From Methanobacteriota archaeon (GTDB lineage Archaea > Hydrothermarchaeota > Hydrothermarchaeia > Hydrothermarchaeales > JACRDW01): a stretch of DNA of 27,615 nucleotides. Every line of letters starts with the position of its first letter. Position 1 is the stretch's first letter. The stretch spans positions 1-27,615 of the forward strand of contig JBDRDL010000012.1 of the NCBI GenBank assembly GCA_043820925.1. Direction: 5' to 3'. This document shows positions 24,275-27,615 of the stretch, one piece after another. The position numbers and the translations under genes are program-made. Under the pieces are notes generated by a model. The model was not told the DNA's origin. It saw only the letters and a program-made list of their open reading frames with translations, and searched no databases.

Positions 24275-25555
24275 ATGAGTTTAGATGAGCTTGTAAAAAA
24301 AATTGCAGAAGAAGGGGGCTTGGAGGAGAAGGAAATTAGGGAGCGAGTAGAGGGGAAGCAGAAAGAATTGGGGGGACTTGTTACCCCGGAGGGCGCTGCG
24401 CACATCGTCGCTAACGAGGTCGGAGTAAACCTCTTTGAAGGAGTTTCAAAAGTTCCTGCATTAAAGATAGAAAACATAATTCCGGGTATGTCGAGCGTTG
24501 ATTTAGTCGCCAAGGTTATGCGCATATTCCCTGCAAGGGAATTTGAAAAAAAAGATGGCTCCAAAGGCAGGGTTTGCTCTCTAATTTTGGGCGACGAGAC
24601 CGGAACAATCAGGGCAGTTTTCTGGGATAAAGATATCGCTTTAATCGAAGAGGGGAAGATTAGAGAAGATGATGTGCTGCGAATCAAAGACAGCTATACA
24701 AAGGAGAGCATCAACGGCGAGGCTGAGATTCACATAGGTAACAGAACCCGAGTTATACCGAACCCAGAAGGAATAGATATTGTCCTGCAGGAAGATAGAA
24801 AAAAGAAAATTTCGGAGCTGAGCGACGGGATGAGCAGCGTGGACGTGCTATGCAAGATTGTGAGAATTTACGAAGTACGAGAATTTGAGAGAGAAGACAA
24901 AACAAAAGGCAAGGTAGCGAACCTTATAGTTGCCGATGAGACCGGGAGAGCAAGGTTGGTTCTCTGGGGTGAGGATGTTGGATTTGTGGAGAAAGGGCAG
25001 ATTAAGGAGGGGGATACTATCAAGGTAAGAAAAGGCTATGTCAAAGTGAGGTTTGAGGAGCCAGAGATAAACGTCGGTAAATATGGCAAGGTCATTCTGA
25101 ATCCTGGCGAGGGGGAGATAAAAGAAATTCCAGAACTTCATGCCGAAATTCCGAGAAAAGAGTTAAAAGATTTAAAAGATGGTGAAAAGGCAGAAATCAG
25201 GGGAGCGCTAGTTGAGGTTTACGATAACATAGCTACCTTCGATAGAAAAGATGGGAAGGGTGTCGTGGTAAATGCGGTAATCGACGATGGCACTGCAAGC
25301 ATGCGTGCAGCGTTTTATGACAAGATGGCAGAAGTGCTGATGAACATACCCATGGACAGAATGCTGGAAGGCGGTGCAGGCGAGCTAATATCTCAAAGGC
25401 GAATGGAGATACTCGGAAGAGAGGTAGTTGCAACGGTAAGCGTAAAGCACAGCGACTTCTCCGGTAAAAACGAGCTTGTTGTTCAGGATATTGAATTGAA
25501 TCCAGACCCAAAAGAAGAGGCCAGGAGTTTATTGAAAGACGCTAGGAGGGATTGA
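24275..25555 (+). CDS. rpa: replication protein A (multi-OB-fold ssDNA-binding protein)
   Basis: Repeated OB folds ([36 protein letters not shown]). TTTTTATATAA at 24242-24252 supports a leaderless start at ATG 24275. Confidence 0.9.
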   Translation: MSLDELVKKIAEEGGLEEKEIRERVEGKQKELGGLVTPEGAAHIVANEVGVNLFEGVSKVPALKIENIIPGMSSVDLVAKVMRIFPAREFEKKDGSKGRVCSLILGDETGTIRAVFWDKDIALIEEGKIREDDVLRIKDSYTKESINGEAEIHIGNRTRVIPNPEGIDIVLQEDRKKKISELSDGMSSVDVLCKIVRIYEVREFEREDKTKGKVANLIVADETGRARLVLWGEDVGFVEKGQIKEGDTIKVRKGYVKVRFEEPEINVGKYGKVILNPGEGEIKEIPELHAEIPRKELKDLKDGEKAEIRGALVEVYDNIATFDRKDGKGVVVNAVIDDGTASMRAAFYDKMAEVLMNIPMDRMLEGGAGELISQRRMEILGREVVATVSVKHSDFSGKNELVVQDIELNPDPKEEARSLLKDARRD

Positions 25556-25556
25556 A

Positions 25557-26486
25557 ATGGAGCTGGAAGAACTGCCTGGAGTTGGAGAGGCAACTGCTGA
25601 AAAGCTGAGAGAGGCAGGCTATGCTACAGCCGAGTCAATCGCAGCAGCGGAAGCCGGAGAGCTGAGCGACGTAGCTGGTATAGGAGAGAGCGCTGCTGAG
25701 AAGATAATAAAAGCTGCAAAGCAAAAAATCCAGCTCAGTTTCATGACCGGCAGCGAGGTGCTCGAGAAAAGAAAATCTATGAAAAAGATAACCACCGGCA
25801 GCGAGGTGTTGAATGGTCTGCTCGGCGGAGGAATCGAGACCCAGGCGATTACAGAGTTCTTCGGAGAGTTCGGAAGTGGGAAAACGCAGCTCTGCCACCA
25901 GCTGGCTGTGAATGTTCAGCTTCCAGAAGAGAAAAATGGACTGGAAAAATCTGCTCTCTACATAGATACAGAAAATACGTTCAGACCAGAGAGAATCATA
26001 CAAATGTCTGAAGCCGTGGGAGTAGACCCTGCCGCCGTGCTGGACAACATAATAGTTGCCAGGGCTTATAATAGCGACCATCAGATGCTGATGGTAGAAA
26101 AAGCTGAGGACAGTATAAAGGAGAAAAACATTGGTCTAATAGTTGTAGATTCTCTGACTTCTCATTTCAGGTCAGATTACGCGGGTCGAGGCATGCTCGC
26201 AGACAGGCAGCAGAAGTTGAATCGACACATGCACAATTTGCAGAGGCTCAGCGATATATATAACCTTGCAGTCGTGGTTACAAATCAGGTAATGGCTAGA
26301 CCTGACTTCTTCTTCGGAGACCCCACCGCTCCAGTCGGGGGTCACGTAGTCGGACACTCCTCCACATTCAGGATTTATCTGAGAAAATCAAAGGGAGGCA
26401 AGAGAGTAGCGAGGCTGATTGATTCGCCCAGCCTGCCAGAGGGAGAGGCGATATTCAGTGTGACCAAGAATGGAGTGGGGGATTAA
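25557..26486 (+). CDS. radA: DNA repair and recombination protein RadA
   Basis: N-terminal Hh[44 protein letters not shown] and RQQKLN. Confidence 0.97.
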   Translation: MELEELPGVGEATAEKLREAGYATAESIAAAEAGELSDVAGIGESAAEKIIKAAKQKIQLSFMTGSEVLEKRKSMKKITTGSEVLNGLLGGGIETQAITEFFGEFGSGKTQLCHQLAVNVQLPEEKNGLEKSALYIDTENTFRPERIIQMSEAVGVDPAAVLDNIIVARAYNSDHQMLMVEKAEDSIKEKNIGLIVVDSLTSHFRSDYAGRGMLADRQQKLNRHMHNLQRLSDIYNLAVVVTNQVMARPDFFFGDPTAPVGGHVVGHSSTFRIYLRKSKGGKRVARLIDSPSLPEGEAIFSVTKNGVGD

Positions 26487-26500
26487 ATGCGGAAGCAATT

Positions 26501-27175
26501 ATGAAAATCAAAGCAGTCGCCATAGACATAGACGGCACGCTTACAGACGAGTTGCGAAGGTTCGACTTGGAGGCAGTGCAAAAAGTAAGGGAAATTGAAG
26601 CTCGCGGCGTACCTGTTATCCTTGCAACCGGGAATATTCTGTGCATAACCGAGTCTGCGGCAATATTCATCGGCACTTCCGGATGCCTCATTGCCGAGAA
26701 CGGCGGAGTTATAAAAAATATCAAAAACGATGAAACTCTCTGCCTCGGAAATTTAAAAAAAGTCGAGAAGGCATTTGAGTTTTTATCAAAAAAAATAAAA
26801 GTCCAGAAAGTTGCACGCTCAGAGCTCAGGAAGACTGAAATAGCGATATACAGAACGGTCGACGTGAAGGAAATAAAAAAGCTTTTGAGAGATTTTGATG
26901 TAGACGTTGTGGATACAAAATTCGCAATTCACATTAAAGATTCAAACGTCAGCAAAGGAAAAGCCTTGCTAAAAGTTGCGGAGACAATGAGGATAAAGCC
27001 GAGTGAAATCGCTGCAATCGGGGACAGCGAGAACGACAGAGAGATGTTGGAATATGCAGGCTATGCGATTTCGGTCGGGGAAGAAAAGCTACGAAACGTG
27101 AGCGATTTCGTAACGAAAGAAAGCCTAGGAAAAGGGGGCAGAGAAGCCTTAGAGCACGTGATTAAACTCCTCTAG
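26501..27175 (+). CDS. HAD-family phosphoglycolate phosphatase (archaeal SPP-like)
   Basis: [22 protein letters not shown] and GDSEND. Confidence 0.9.
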   Translation: MKIKAVAIDIDGTLTDELRRFDLEAVQKVREIEARGVPVILATGNILCITESAAIFIGTSGCLIAENGGVIKNIKNDETLCLGNLKKVEKAFEFLSKKIKVQKVARSELRKTEIAIYRTVDVKEIKKLLRDFDVDVVDTKFAIHIKDSNVSKGKALLKVAETMRIKPSEIAAIGDSENDREMLEYAGYAISVGEEKLRNVSDFVTKESLGKGGREALEHVIKLL

Positions 27176-27615
27176 TCTGTAACAGCTCCTCTGGCTTTAA
27201 GCTCTTTATGTCCAAACCCCGCATCGCCTCTCCTATTCCTTTTGAAACTTCTGCGATTAGCTTTGCATCGTTGTAGTGCGTAGTAGCAATAACAATCGCT
27301 TTCGCTCTCTCTGAAGGGTTTTCTGATTTGAATATTCCAGAGCCAACGAAGATGCCATCTGCACCGAGCTGCATCATTAGAGAGGCATCTGCAGGGGTTG
27401 CAATTCCACCGGCTGCAAAGTTTACTACCGGCAGACGCCCGAGCTTTCTGGTCTCTAATACTAACTCATATGGAGCTCCGAGGTTTTTTGCCTCGCTCAT
27501 TAATTCCTCCTCTGGCATGCTCTGCAGCTTTCTTATCTCCTCCATAACAGCACGCATGTGCCGAACAGCCTCGACAATGTTCCCGCTGCCAGCCTCGCCT
27601 TTTGTTCTAATCATC
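27162..27615 (-). CDS. pdxS: pyridoxal 5'-phosphate synthase lyase subunit (3' part, partial)
   Basis: [53 protein letters not shown]. Confidence 0.97.
   Translation of the reverse strand, partial: MIRTKGEAGSGNIVEAVRHMRAVMEEIRKLQSMPEEELMSEAKNLGAPYELVLETRKLGRLPVVNFAAGGIATPADASLMMQLGADGIFVGSGIFKSENPSERAKAIVIATTHYNDAKLIAEVSKGIGEAMRGLDIKSLKPEELLQTRGV

Noticed and set aside
25746..25808. 15-nt repeat ACCGGCAGCGAGGTG twice in radA
   Set aside because: It encodes TGSEV twice within a normal RadA; no intein or insertion.
1..27615. CRISPR array, transposase, integrase or rRNA
   Set aside because: No regularly spaced repeats or recognisable motifs seen; the many short antisense ORFs in the track are shadows of real genes.

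Overview
Archaeal chromosome segment (radA, RPA, ribosomal L35Ae, tetraether lipid synthase, TATA-type promoters, CCA-less tRNA). The gene set fits a dsr-bearing archaeon such as Ca. Hydrothermarchaeota, but that assignment is inference. The left ~17 kb is a dissimilatory sulfite-reduction supercluster. It holds a Cys-rich miniprotein/CooC-like ATPase/ferredoxin unit, compact dsrAB (no dsrD, dsrL, dsrEFH or dsrN in the window), a divergent dsrC, an inverted dsrT-MKJOP block, a second dsrMK-like pair, a membrane thioredoxin and a TauE/membrane protein/USP operon. A tRNA-Arg(CCG) follows, and the right ~10 kb is mostly housekeeping genes with several deletion-eroded relics (HicAB, FAD oxidoreductase). 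The most striking observations are: (i) a 59-bp promoter duplicated (58/59 identical) in front of dsrC and the second dsrMK, bracketing dsrC plus dsrTMKJOP; (ii) a DsrP with a linker-tethered C-terminal C2H2 zinc-finger-like domain; (iii) a second DsrM that has lost exactly the two distal-heme His ligands; (iv) a chimeric ferritin-like/USP ORF formed by an 81-bp duplication across the tRNA.
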